In this document: positions 36,771 to 49,499 of the stretch, piece by piece
Layout: each line of letters opens with the position of its first letter
Numbering within the stretch: the first letter of the stretch is position 1
Origin: Epithemia pelagica
Lineage: Eukaryota; Protista; Bacillariophyta
Assembly: GCA_946965045.2 (NCBI GenBank)
Contig: OX337237.1
Location: 434,001-498,000 of the forward strand
Length of the DNA stretch: 64,000 bases
Reading direction: 5' to 3'
The notes under the pieces: generated by a model
What the model was told of the DNA's origin: nothing
The model's database searches: none
Seen by the model: the letters and a program-made list of their open reading frames with translations, nothing else
Translations under genes and position numbers: made by a program

Positions 36771-39410
36771 GATGTCACTACCAATTCAACCACGGCCGCC
36801 TTGTTGTGGTGCGAGTATCAACGGGGCGACGGCTTTGACAAAAGTACCGGTACCGCTCGCGCCCCCTTGTATTATCAAGTGGTGGATACCAATGATACGA
36901 CACCGTGACGATTCACTACTTTGTGTATTTTCCCTGGAGTGGATCGAGTAGTTTTGGCGCCTGGACCAGTCTCAATGGACCAGTCTCAATGGAACGTCCG
37001 AGTATACTCGCATGACGGTACCGCCCTGGGGCGTTCACGAAGGCGATTGGCAACTCCTCAGTGTCACCCTTTGCAATTCGCCCCAAGTTTCCAGGCCCTT
37101 GGCCGTGACCTATCGACAAGACGAGGGTCGATTTGGACAAGTGTACGATTGTATCCAAGGAGAGTGTACCTTTCATCAAGCACTCGACGACGACGGTGTC
37201 ACCACTTTGTCCTTTCATCCCGTGGGCTTTGTCGCCCTCCATACCCATGACGTGTATGCCGTGGCGGCCGAGGAAATTCTCTACGATCAAGTATGGCCCT
37301 TGGAATTTTGGGTCAATTTGCAAGGCTTTTACAGTGTCCATCGAACCGCCTATTACAATCATAATGATAATACTAAGGACGACACGAATCACCCATCGTC
37401 CACCCAGCCCGAAAACAATGATGATGATACCAATACTACTACAACGTCACCACCACCCTTTCGACGGTTGCTTCCCATCCCCGAAACTCTCGTACGATTG
37501 CCACGCAATGCCGATATTCCCACGGCCGCCGATCCTTCCGAATATTGGGTGGCCTTTGGAGGACGATGGTACGTACCATGTAGGGTACACACAATAGCCG
37601 TGACAAGAATTGTTGTTTTGTGGCTCTGTTTGCAGAGGGCGTGCCTGTTTTCCCTCGTGGCAAACTCTATATCTCACTGAACAAGTGTTCTTGCGTGTGT
37701 GCATGTGTTTGTCTCTCTCTCTCTTTGTTGTGGACAGGGGCCGTCCCACGACGGATCCGACGACACTCTTGTTTGACTATGACGAATTACCGATTTGTGT
37801 CGACCATTCCACGACCCGCATCATTCCGTGTCCCACGGCGGAGGAAAATCCCATGTTTGATTTGGTCTTGCAATGCTGGGATTGGTTCCCCCCTCGTCTC
37901 CTCTCATGGAAGGAGGCAAGTTGCTCTTGGATTTTTTAACCTCCCACCATGTCGGACAAGCCCCGTATGGACCGGCGGCGCATCCCACCTATTTGACCTG
38001 GACCCGACCCGGCAATGCTCCCTTGTGGAAGCGGCTGGATCCGGAGGAGGATGGTTCCGCATTTTGCGAACGCTTTCGAGTCATTCCCGATACATTTCGC
38101 ATGACCCCGACGCAAGAAACCTTACCGGCCGAACGGGCGGCCTGGAATCTTGTCATTTTGTGTACGGCCGCGACACTCTTTACCATTGTCTATGTCGTCT
38201 CGACCAAGTACATTCCGGTTCAACCCGTCTTTCAGTCCGACCCGGCCACGGGCCATTTGGTCTCGCCCGACAATCGCAAAGATCGGTTGTGGGTCTTTCA
38301 TTGGGCCTTGGTCTATGCCGTTGTCTATGCCGGCTGTAATCGGAGGAATGATTTTGTACTTTATTGGCAATGATCGATTGTTTGTCTTGTTGGATTGCTT
38401 TTTTGGCAGTGACTTTGAAACGCTGGTACGAGGCTTTCAAGTGATTGGAGTCCTCTTGGTGATCTTGGATACCTCGGGACTTATTGTGGTCATACTCCGA
38501 AGTGAAGATACCTGGAGAACCATGAAACGAACCTATTACGACATTGTCCAAGATCGGCAAGGTCTCCAAGACTTTGAAGACTCGATTCGGATTCCATTGA
38601 ATTCGTCGCGGGTCCTGTTGGCCACTGCCCTCGTCAATGCCTTGACCTTGCCCAGTTTGATTTTTACCGTTCTCATGGCGGTCTTGGGTGTCATGAGTGT
38701 CGGAATGGCCTATGGAATTGGAGAATTGTGTTCCTCCATTGTGGGCTCCCTCGAAGGAATTTGTTTTCGATTTACCTGGTTGGGAATGGAGGAAATTCAA
38801 TGCGGAGAAAATTTTCATGTCTTTTGCAACGGTACGTGGATGAATGGTAAAGTGTTGTTGTTGTTTCGGAAAATCCATCTACGGTGGTAGAGTCTCATAT
38901 GGATGGCTGTTTTTTGTTGTGGTGCTGCTACTAGAATGGGCCCAGCGCGAAATTGTCTTGACCCTGTGGGGTGCCTTTGTCGTATTGATTGGGCACTTTT
39001 TCTTGATTGCCGTGGCCTCCATGGCACGCATTACGCTTCGTTCCGTCTTGAGAGAAATCCAAGTCCTTCAACGACGAACCCGTTTTTTGCAATCCTTGGC
39101 GCTTTCCCGCAACAAAGCACCAGAGATTTGGAGGGAGGACGATTCCGACACTAATCATGACAACAACAACGACGACGATGACGACGAGGACGGTAGTAGT
39201 AGCAACAACGAGAATGGGATTCGCGAAACCGACGAGGCCACGGAACCAATGGCGCACGATTGTGAAGAAGAGGAGAACCTCTTGAGCGCGGAACGATCCG
39301 ACGATACTATAGAGGAGACAAGTTTTTTCAAGAATGATGATAATGAGGAGAGCATGGAGATTTTCCAAGCGACAAACTCTCACAATGACTCGAAGCAACA
39401 ACAACAACAA

Positions 39411-39536
39411 CAACAAGATGGATATGAATGTGTTGTTCCCGAAACCTTGCTTGATTACACGGATGAAAAGAAACAACAAGATGGATATGAATGTGTTGTT
39501 CCCGAAACCTTGCTTGATTACACGGATGAAAAGAAA
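39411..39536. repeat. 63-bp perfect tandem duplication (QQDGYECVVPETLLDYTDEKK x2)
   Basis: Units 39411-39473 and 39474-39536. Confidence 0.9.
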
Positions 39537-40521
39537 GAGGAATCCGATCAATGGAGATGAAGTGTCATGCCACTTGTCTGTACCTCCACTCTGCGTGTCA
39601 TGGTCTTCCGTTGTGTGGTTCGACACGCGTGTGCCAACAATTGCACCGACTGGAATTCAATGGGCAACCAAACTCGGCTGTCGGTACAGTTCGTACTCCT
39701 CACTCGTCACGTGAAAAGAGAAGACGAAGAACCAGAAGAACCAGAATTGCGTCATGGTACTGGCTCTAGTATTACTATTATTATTTGGAACAGAGGACCA
39801 ATCGTTTCCGCAATCGCGTACCGCTCCATGGAAGATGGACTCGGTCGTATCGAGCGTTGCAGCCACATTCGGCTCCAACACATACAGTAATAGAGTCGTC
39901 ACTACGAACTACTACGAGTGAATAGTAGTAGAGAAATGCAAGGAGTATCGAAAGTGGCGTCCTTGTTCCTAATGCACAATTGTCCTTGCGCATCTGATAA
40001 GTAGGAACTACTGGGAGTGATTCTCCAACCAGCAATTTTTTGTGTTGCGCGATGGACGAGCCTGTTTCCGAATATACTGTTGCGGTTGCTCCTTTTGTGT
40101 CAACCTCCAGTGTGATTTGGTCGTTTACGCTGTTCTTGATAAATTAGGATGAGAAAAGAAGGCAAGTGAGCCGTGTCGGAGAGCATGTCGTCGTGGAGAA
40201 AGCAAAACTCTCTCTCTCTCTCGATCGATCTCTCTACTTCCCCCCTCTGCGTGTGAAACAGACACTGGCAGTTTGAAAACGGAAACAGGAGAATCCTTCT
40301 CGTTTCTGGCCAGCTAGCAGTCCACACGAAACGTACAGTCTTGCCATGGTACCACCACCACCACCACCACCACCAGGACTTGAGTATAGCAGGTATGGAG
40401 AAAGGCGGATAGGACGATCCATGTTGTTTGTTTGGTGTTGTGTGTGGTTCGTCGTCGTCGTTGTTGTTTGGGTGGTACTACCCACAGTGTCTTGGGGTTT
40501 TGGTTCGTGTGGTGGTGGTTG

Positions 40522-40869
40522 TTAGGGACAGTTCTTGTCCGAGTCCTTTTGGGGCACTGTCGTCGTGTCGTTGGGGTGGAATAAAGTATCTGGTTGTGGT
40601 GGTGGTGGTGGTGGTTTCTCCACGACGCGACATTGGGCGATCCAGGCTGGATCCAAGACCCATCGAGTCCCCTCGAGTCGTCCGGCCTGCGGGTCCTTGT
40701 CATTCGGATGGTCCTTCTCATCCTTTGGAGTGTCCGGCAAAGACCCAGCCACCAAACGTTGTCGATACATGGGGCCATCCAGACACATGGTATGAAATTC
40801 CCCATTGTCCCCGGCAACCCAATCGACAGGGAATGAAATGGAAGAGGTGTCATCCTCCTCCTTCTCCAG

Positions 40870-40918
<49 letters not shown>

Positions 40919-41742
40919 CGAACGTGTTGTTGCAATGCGGCCAAGGTCTCGGCCGTTACGGTCCGTCCAATCCATGATGATTGGAAGGAGGATGGCAGAC
41001 AGGAAAAGACGCAGACAAAGTCATGCTTCCACAATTCCTGCCAACCGGCGTGTCGGCACGTGTGCCACAAGGGGACCCGGCAGTGGAGAGGCAACCGAGT
41101 TGAGGTTGTAGTACTCGTCGTAGGATCGTCCTTGTCGTCGTCGTCGTCCTTGTCCTCGGCCATGACTGCTTCACAACAATCCGTCATCCAATGAGATGCC
41201 ATGGTACATTCCACGGTTTGAACCAAGTCGCGATCCCCCGTATACAGGACTTGCACATGATGCAAGGATTGCAAGTGTCGCAAACACTGCACATAGCGCG
41301 CTTGCATGGTAGTACGAGTCGCAGTGGCTTGGTGGCTGTCGTCGTTCGTTCGGGGTTCCACGTGCAATTCCACCAAGGGCAGGTCCATGGCGTGCGCTTG
41401 CAATCGCATGAGGGTCAACGAATGAGCTTGAAACGACGTTTCCATGTGAAATGGACCAAAGACGGCCAAGGCCACGACGTGGACCATGGGATCTTGCCAG
41501 GCATGCCACAAGGCCAAATGGCAATTCTTTCCGCCCGTCCACGAAATGGCAGCGGGCACAGCCTCCGGTCCAATCGTTTGCGGAATGTACCGGGCAAACT
41601 GCGATTGGTCCACCGTAGTTTTGTCTTTGTCCGACACTGAAGTATCTTCCCTGGGTGATGAGAAGAATGATAGAGAAGCCATGTCGTCGTTGCTCTTTGT
41701 CTTTTGATTTTGGTGGTCGAGCTCGTTGCAAGCGATCGTCAT
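40522..41742 (-). CDS. Diphthamide-synthase (Dph6/MJ0570)-like ATP pyrophosphatase domain protein
   Basis: ISWTGGKNCHLAL PP-loop-like motif, FQAHSL..M..QA, GD.D, PLW, GDNGEFHTMCLDGPMY. Start codon uncertain. Poly-Q is encoded by the (GTT)n run at ~40868-40917. Confidence 0.75.
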
Positions 41743-42352
41743 GGTGGATCCGAACAAAACGATAAAAAAATGAGGGGTTCGAAGCACGTGTCTCGAGAGT
41801 CAGCGTCCCATTAGCGACTGGAACGCTACTGAGCAGAGAAGACCGTCCCGCTGCGGTTAGCATCCATAGACATGCCAATCCTATTACTGATACTCCTATG
41901 TCAAGTGTCAAGAGCGAATCGAAAGCTAGGGTCTACGGTAGACACAATGCGTTGCTCAAGTCTTCATTATTATTTTGGGGGCGCCCGAAAAAACGGTTCG
42001 TCTATAGTATGGGGCAAGCGGGCTGTCGGAAGTCGGAATGTAGGAGTAGAGGGCCATCTGAAGTCTGAAGACAAGACAGAAAGAGATTTCGCAGCAGTAG
42101 ATAGTGGTTCGTCGATCGGAATGATGCCGCCGCATCCAAAAGAGCACACTCCCCATAGATTACACTAGACCTACCTAGGTAGAACCACAACAACCACATG
42201 AAGGGATAGATTTGGAGTGATGGATGCCGAATGCCGATGCCGATGCCGGGCACATGATCATGAGATGCGGAATGCGGATCGTTTCTTGTCAAACGCGAGT
42301 CGAAGAAGTGCCTGGCTCGAGTACTTGGCGCGGGCCGAGTCCGGAAGAGTAT

Positions 42353-42580
42353 TGTAACCCCCAAGACTCACTCGCGACTACCTTCACCCTCTGGGGGGAA
42401 TAGAATAGAATGTGCGGATAAGGGATGCTACGTGTCTTATACTCTTCGTACAAACCAGTTCCTAAAAGACTAAGCTTACACTACGAACGAAGATTTCCCC
42501 AAAAGTAGTAATTCGGTACGAGGTAATGACCCTTCCCTTACACCCGTGATTCCCAGTCCCGCTACAAGGTCATTCGGACA
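42353..42580 (-). mobile_element. 3' LTR of the copia element (about 228 bp, TGTCCGAA...TTACA)
   Basis: Begins with TG right after a purine-rich PPT-like tract (GCGGGGAC) downstream of the RNase H stop. Its first 104 bp recur at 54638-54572 + 51099-51063. The distal end at 42353 is inferred from TTACA only. Confidence 0.7.
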
Positions 42581-42612
42581 GTCCCCGCAAGAGACTCAAT
42601 AAGGATCTTGTC

Positions 42613-45600
42613 TTATAAGCTTGCGGGGTTGGGAATTGTACGTGATGCCAGTGTCGGCGGACCCGATGCACCAAATGCAGACGAGTAAGTGAACTGTGAT
42701 AATAGCTCGTTCCGGCGGTCCCGTGACAACATCTTGGTAAAAAGGTCAGCAATGTTGGTTTCCGTATCCTCTTTCCCCACACGGAGAATCCCAGCCGCAG
42801 CCGCTTCCCGGACGGCATGGTAGTTAATGGCATTGTGCCGTTTCGACAATACAGAGGATGGCAAGCTTGTGTTCTTGACCACACCGCGGTTATCGCATAA
42901 CAGATTAGCAGGTGCAACAACAGGTACGCCAAACATTCGCAACTTGTATCGGATCGCCACGATCACTTCTTTCGCGATTCTCATTGCCACGAACTCACTG
43001 CCAAAACTTGATGTTTCGACCGTATTTTGCCGCCTAGAGTACCACAAGATGGGCGCATTTTGCAGCATGACCAGGATTCCGCTGTGTGACCGTCTTGTCA
43101 CCAAATTACCGGCGTGGTCTGCGTCGACGAAGCATGTTACCTGGATCGGCTTCCCAAGCGGCACCGGCATGTTAACAGGGAGCTCTTCGGCCACATCTCC
43201 ATAGAACTCTCTCCACTCGCTCATCTGCACTTGTGCAAAGCACGATTCGTCCAAATCAACATCTTTCGGATCGAACACCAGTTTCATCTTTGGGTGTTTC
43301 TTCAGGTAAGCAACTATGTGGTATGCAGCTTCGAGATGTCCCTGTCTCGGGTTTGCCAAATATTGCGACAAGAGTGACACCTCCAGGTAGATATCCACTC
43401 GTCCGAGCTCGACGGCCCAACGCAGAATCCCAATCAGTTGTTGATACCGTGCTGTCAATTCCTTGTCTAACTCTTGACTCACATGAAGTTCTGGTTTATA
43501 TGTTGTCGGTACAGGCACCTTCGCCGTCGTCTTGAGGTGTTTCCCTGATGCGTCGTCCTTTAGCATCCCTTCGACGATCTTAATTGCATTGCCAACGTAT
43601 TTCTCACTATTCATTCCCCAGGCCCACGAACCATCGGGTAGGTTATGCCGATATATCTGCGCGCCAAGATATATGTCAGGCTCACCCAAACTACCTGCCT
43701 TGATTTTATACTTCTTGTCGATCTCATTCAACACAGGCTCCGGATCATCACTAACCAATAGTAAATCATCCACATATACCAAAATAAGCTCGTAGTATTC
43801 CTCTCCGTTCTTCCTTTTCGACTTCCGCCGTAGTACGCAAGGGTCAGCCAGTGTATCCTTGAAGCCCATCTTGTAAAGCAACGCCATCATGGTGGCCCGC
43901 CAACTCGCTCCGGAGGATTTCAGGCCGTAGAGTGCCCTCACCATCAAGCATATTCGACCCTGGAACTCCTTCCCTACCTTTTCCCTGCATGGCGCGTTCA
44001 AGTACGCGTTTCCAATATCACATGCCAATATGCGTAGTCCTTTCAATGCGGCGACCAGAAATGCCACCCGGATCGAATCGCGGCTCACCACGCTCGAATA
44101 CGTTAAGCTATTCGGCGCGTCAGTCATATGCCCTCCTGCAACGAGTCTTGCCTTCCGAGTCAGGTCCATCTTCACGTCGAAAACCATGTGGCAAGATATT
44201 TCTGTGTGGCCAATCAGCTGTCGCCCTGCTCTCACTTCTCCTAGATCGAGGTCGTCCCTGGCTTCCCAAGCTACCTTCACTACCCGCAGTTCCTTATCTA
44301 TAGCGTCCCGCCCATAGGTAGTTCCAGTAACCTCGTCTATCTTGAGTGCCTCTTCCACGGAATGAGGTAGTTGAATCCTGTACTTCTTCGTCGTCCGCCA
44401 ATACTTTTTCTTTACCTTCTTAACTATCCGTCGCAGATGATTCAGTACCTGCGGTACCCACCAGTGGAACGCTGGCTCTTGTTCGATCTCTTGGGCGACC
44501 GCATATTCCGCCAATTCGATTGCGTATCCCTCTTTCACATCTTTCAATGGGACCCACTGCTGGTCCCCGTTCTTCCATTCAACTGCGATCTCCCACCCTT
44601 TGGTCGTCCTTTTCGGGTGTTTGTTTCCGTTCGAAGAGAGCACGAACCCATCCTTGCGTTCCACGGCGTCCCCGTTTCTCCTGTGCCCAATAATCTCTCT
44701 CATCATGAGATGTAGTCTACCCTAACTGTCCAACTGTGCGTGCAAGTTCTCTGCCACGACATTTGCCGTGTACTCATGCAACACCCCACCTGGGAACTTA
44801 ACCGAGTAAGTCCTGGTGTCAAAGAGAGGATTATTGTGCCGCCTCCCAATTGGTTTTCCATCTAACCCCTTTTGCCTTTTTATCACCGTTCCGACCAACT
44901 CCTCACCCCCTATATCCATCCTTATCTCGGCACCCACGTATTCGTCGTACCCATCACCGTATTCGTCTGCTTCCTTTGTTTCCTCTTGGATCATTGCTCC
45001 GTATTCCTCATCGGTCGGTATCACGCCTACCGTCCGTCCCCGTCTTTCTTCTTCCGAGTCCAAATCTGTATCATCTTCCAGGTATCCGGGCCCAGACGCT
45101 CCGTGGTCGGTAAAGTTCTGGTCATTTAACCGTTCCCCAACAATCAACTTGAATTGTCGGACTCGTTCCCTTATTCCTGAGTCGTCCATGTCCTGCTGGG
45201 TCACATGCTGCACAGTAGTGCGAGCGATAACCTTGCCTGCTTTCGTGAGTACCCAATAGCACAAATCGCTACCGATGCGGTGTGCTATCCCCAACCAATG
45301 CCCAAGGTGCGGTTGCTCGTCGGTGGTGTCTCCTTTCGAGTTGTCATGGTACCAGACTACGTCAAAGAAAGCAAAATCCAGCCATTCCGAAATGTCTGGG
45401 GTATCCCCAGCTAGTCGTTCCAACCCTGTTGTGCCATCTTGTCCCCGGGCGACGCGGCTGAGGATACCTGCTTCATAAACCAAACCATAATCCCAAAGTC
45501 GTTTTGGGACCTGCAAATCAGCCATGCGACGCCACCACCGCTGCTTGAAGAGTCCGATTTCACGTTCTGCCTTGTGGTTCTGTTTCCCAGTTCCCTTTTC

Positions 45601-48600
45601 GCACCATTTCATGTCGATGCGGTGGTGACGGACCAATTTAGAAAATAAGGTAGACATGCCAGTTTGTTCTCCAGCTAGATCAGCCGTAAGTCGATCCGGA
45701 ATCCCAACTTCATCGATAAATTGTGCAAGCGCTTGACCTGCGTGGGACTTCGTTGACAAAGGGTAAACGGCGGTATACTGCCCGTCCGTAAAGACCTGGG
45801 CACATTTGTTCCCGGAGAGTGAAAGGGTCTTCGAGAACAATGTGTCCGTGTGGATCCTTGCATCCAAGCGATGGCGATGTAGAGCTAAGTTGTCTACCCG
45901 ATACCTGCGTGTGATCGGCGAAACCGCCGTCCGGATCCCCTGTTGGGTGGTAACTCGGAGGGTGTTTCGCGCAGTTTCCAACCCGACCTTCCATTTGCGA
46001 CTGAGTGCTTCCGGCGTGACTTGCGAGTGGCGCGACGTTTCCACTTGCTTGACGCTCGGGCGTGCAGCCAATTCCCGACTGATCCCTGTAGGTGTGAGCA
46101 ATGCTGAGACATGACCGATTCCAGCTTCTGTTTCCCCATACGCTTCGATATGCGGGCTCGCATCATGTGTCGTAAGATCGACCTTTCTTGGGTCCCACAG
46201 TTCCTGTCGTGTGATAACAACGCACGGCAGTTCTTCGATTTCCTTGAATGTGGGTGCACGGGACTCAAAGAAAACTGTCGTGCCTTAGATTGCGAAAGGT
46301 ATGTGCAACCCGTAAGCCCAAATCCCGAACCCATCCGTCGTTGCGCGAGTCGGGTCGTCCTTTACCGTGTGTCCCGCAAAGCAAATTTGGTTCTGATTTA
46401 ACAAAGTCTTAACTAACTTCTGTCCGAACCATAACATCTGATGCCCAATCAACACGAACTCCACCCCACTTTTCGGCTCTCGAACCAACGTCGCACAAGT
46501 GGCCACGGGTACATGCCCACCATTCACTTCATTCCCAGCAAAGTCGCTCACCGAACACTCCATTCCAGTGGTCTCAATTAAAGTCCAGTTCATGCCTGCA
46601 CAGCAGGTATCCGCCATGGTATCCGTTTCATTCCTTCCGAGTGTGCTCCCGTTTCCCTTTTCCAACAACCAACCCTTCTGCATTTTCCCAATTCGCCTCT
46701 GCGGCCCACACGTGATGGTGCTGACGTTTCTGCTTTGCCCTTGGCTCTGGTTCTCCCCTTGTCCCTGGTTTCCTTGTTGCCCATAAGCCCCTGCCCCGAA
46801 TCTACGCCCATTATGGCTTCCCCGTTCGCCATTTTGTTCTGACTGTCCCCCTTGTGATGCCCTGGTCTGGTCATTGGTGATGTCAGTAATGACAGTATCA
46901 CCGCTGGTGTCAACTTCGGAAATCCCTCGTCCGCCGCCGTAACCAACACGACCTTGTCCGCCGCGACCACGACCGCCGCCATGGCTGCCATGACCACGTC
47001 CCCGACCACCGAAATTGCCACGATCTCCATGATGGTCCTGGCCACGAATCCGAGCCCTTTCGGAGTGAATGTATGCTTGGCCGGCCGGACCAAGAGTGTG
47101 CATTTCCTGCGACGTGAAACGTCCCTGGACGTCAGTAACATCCACACCATAAAAATGATACACGCCATTACCATTATGTGTAAGGCCGTTGAATTGTCGA
47201 GGGCGTGACGATGAGGTGGTTTCCGAAACAAACCGATGACAATGGCGGCCACCGGTCCCTGCCATGACGTCAGGAAAAAGTTCTGAGACTTCCCGAGAGA
47301 TATATTCGATAGCACCATGGAGATTGGCTCGAAAGTTGGCTCGGACGTGTCCTTTAATGACCGCGAATTCTGCAGGCGAAATCTTAATATTGTCAATTAA
47401 GATCTTAACCTGATTCGAGGGAGTACGACGGTTCGGCGTATTCTCGAGTGTCCGAAAGGCCTTCAGGAGTTTAGCAGCATAGGATTCGAAACTATAGACA
47501 CGTTCGTTGTTGTAGGACAACGTCGTCAAGATCGCCTCGGCCTTGGAGATACGTTTTTCCTTCTGGCCTCCTCCATCAAAGTGATCAACCAGTGCCGTCC
47601 AAGCCCGTCGGCCATCTTGTGAAGCCATATACGGCTGAATCCATGTAGCAGGCTGTTCCTTGACCAAGTCACTAAGGAGCCTAAATACTTGCTTATTGTC
47701 TTCACGGAAATGGGGTCCTCCCAATGGGTAGCTATATAGCTCCTCTTCGCGGCGACTAGCAAAGATGTGTGTTGGATCTAGATCGGGACGGATGACGTAA
47801 TCCAATGGGGCTTGTTGCTTGCCCAAGATATGAGAAAGGTAGGTCGGGAATTCTTGACTCCAATCTTCCCAGTTCTCTTCCTTCAACACGGAGGGTTTAA
47901 TCTCGGGGGCAGTGATCTTCTCCGCTTGGATTTCCATAGCATCGAGAGCTTCTTGAAGTTCTGCATGTCCGAATTCCCCAGCGAGTACAATACATCCTTG
48001 GCGACGGGCACGAGCTGCCCAGAAGCATAGTCCTTGTATGTTCAATACCACAGCAGTGGGGATGCTTACATTATTAGGCGCCGCACGCTTCTCTAGTCGT
48101 GATACCAACTGGGTAACGTCGTAAGAACTCAACCGGCCCAGAGCGGCCAGAGTGTTGAGACGCTCAGTAACTTCAAAGGCCTGTATCTCTTGATTGTTCG
48201 CTCTGCAGATCGTAAGCGCCAATCCCACGGCCGAGAGTGGCGCGGGAGGTACCGGTGGCGCGCCTCCACCACCGCCTCCCGGTGCTCCTCCGCCAGGAGC
48301 GCCTCCTCCAGGAGCGCCGCCTCCTCCACCGTGATCTCCACCACCATCTCCTCCACCACCGGGTGCGCCTCCTCCACCACCGCCGGCTGTACCTCCGCTA
48401 CTCCCACTTCGACTACCGCGTCCACTCGTTCCTGCGGACGTTCCTGTGCCCCCAGTGGTGCGTCCTCGTGAACCCGCACCACTTGAAGTTCCAGTTGAAC
48501 CTGAGTTTCCTGAACTCGTTCCCTTTCCTCCACTTCCGCGATTCTCGCGTGAAGTACTGTTTCCATTCCCATGCGCCGTAGCGCTACCATTATTCCCACC

Positions 48601-48807
48601 ACTTCCGCTTCCGCTTCCACCACTTCCGTTACTTCCACCACTTCCGTTACTTCCACCACTTCCGTTACTTCCACCACTTCCGCTTCCGCTTCCGCTACCA
48701 CCACTTCCGCTACCACGTTTCCCATCGTTCCTTTCCTCCGCCTCCGGTTTTCCATCCCCCTCGTTCGTAGTAGCATTCCAGGTGTTAGCTCGCGTCGTTG
48801 TCGTCAT
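42613..48807 (-). mobile_element. Ty1/copia (CoDi-like) gag-PR-IN-RT-RH polyprotein in a single frame, with two nonsense codons (46285-46287 TAA, 44722-44724 TAG)
   Basis: Protease DTMADTCCAG; integrase TDTLF, TD/DLAGE, QNHKAEREI; RT KARLVAGG, YVDDLL; RNase H DADHAG, DN..V, NIADLFTK. IN precedes RT, as in copia. All segments share one frame (2065 codons). Confidence 0.95.
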
Positions 48808-48826
48808 CTTTCGATGCCAGTGGGTC

Positions 48827-48901
48827 TACCCCCTAGCGGAAGGGTGAGTCCTGCTCGTGAATGGGTAAGGGTGCAATCTGATACTCACCCCCACGGCTCG
48901 A
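48827..48901 (+). mobile_element. Orphan left terminus of the TACCCCC TIR family, 20 bp upstream of the copia gag ATG
   Basis: taccccctagcggaagggtgagtcc...gtgcaatc...actcacccccacggctcga has the same start, internal GGGTGAGT/ACTCACCC stem and CACGGCTCGA end as 51109 and 54571. Confidence 0.65.
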
Positions 48902-49499
48902 TCTCGCTCCTCCGACTTTGACAAAAACTCACAACAACCACAACGAAAACACCACGAGGCCCATCTTGTTGTGGTTGTAACAACAACTATGGACCCTTTC
49001 AATCGCTACCGACATGTCACTCCTATCTCTTTTACTCCAAGGGACCCTTGTGGCGTTGAAATAGCAGACGCGGACCCTGTCATCGGTTTGGTTGTTGTTC
49101 GTTTGATAGGTGCTGTGTTGGTAGTAGTGGTGGAAGCCGGCAGAGGGTCGGGGTGCTCAATTCCAGCCTCACAAGGGTTCCTTGGGGTAGTAGAGACAGG
49201 ATTGACACGTCGGTGGGGGTTCAAAGGGTCCATGGGTGTTGTAGGGAGGCATTCGAACGGAAGCAAATCGCATTTGGGAGCAGGTTCATCTTGTTGGTGT
49301 TTGTAGCGTATTGGCAGTGGTGGTTTGAAGTCGTAGGAAGGTCGAGGCAGTTTGTTCCAACGCCAGGACGGTCCATGAGATGGTTAGGAATAGGGTTGAC
49401 AACTCGGGTCGGATTGGGCGGGTGCATAATGGCGTCGGATGGATGGTTTTCATTCGGGTTGTTGTTGCTTCCCATTGCACTGTCTTGGTACTGAGAGCT

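Larger units (their letters stand above)
35958..39560 (+). pseudogene. Vps62-like domain protein with C-terminal multi-TM region, broken by about five frameshifts
   Basis: APILYFHPLE, RAPLYYQV, HYFVYFPW and HEGDWQ motifs. Intron 37569-37737. Frame changes at ~36898, 36962-36989 (14-bp tandem duplication), ~37870, ~38338 and ~38865. Confidence 0.65.

Noticed and set aside
21481-46287. Several in-frame TAG codons suggesting stop-codon reassignment or readthrough
   Set aside because: The internal stops are mixed (TAG, TAA, TGA), replace different residues (Q, L, W, probably E), and TAG is the normal terminator of PP1 and of the Cys-rich gene.
48950-48975. AGATGGGCC as a primer-binding site for the copia element
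   Set aside because: Only about 7 nt resemble the tRNA-iMet-half PBS, and the adjacent sequence does not match the 3' LTR.
49150-49190. CTTGGGGTA as the partner right TIR for the orphan end at 48827
   Set aside because: Similarity is weak and the flanking 9-mers (CAGTGGGTC versus GTAGAGACA) do not form a TSD.
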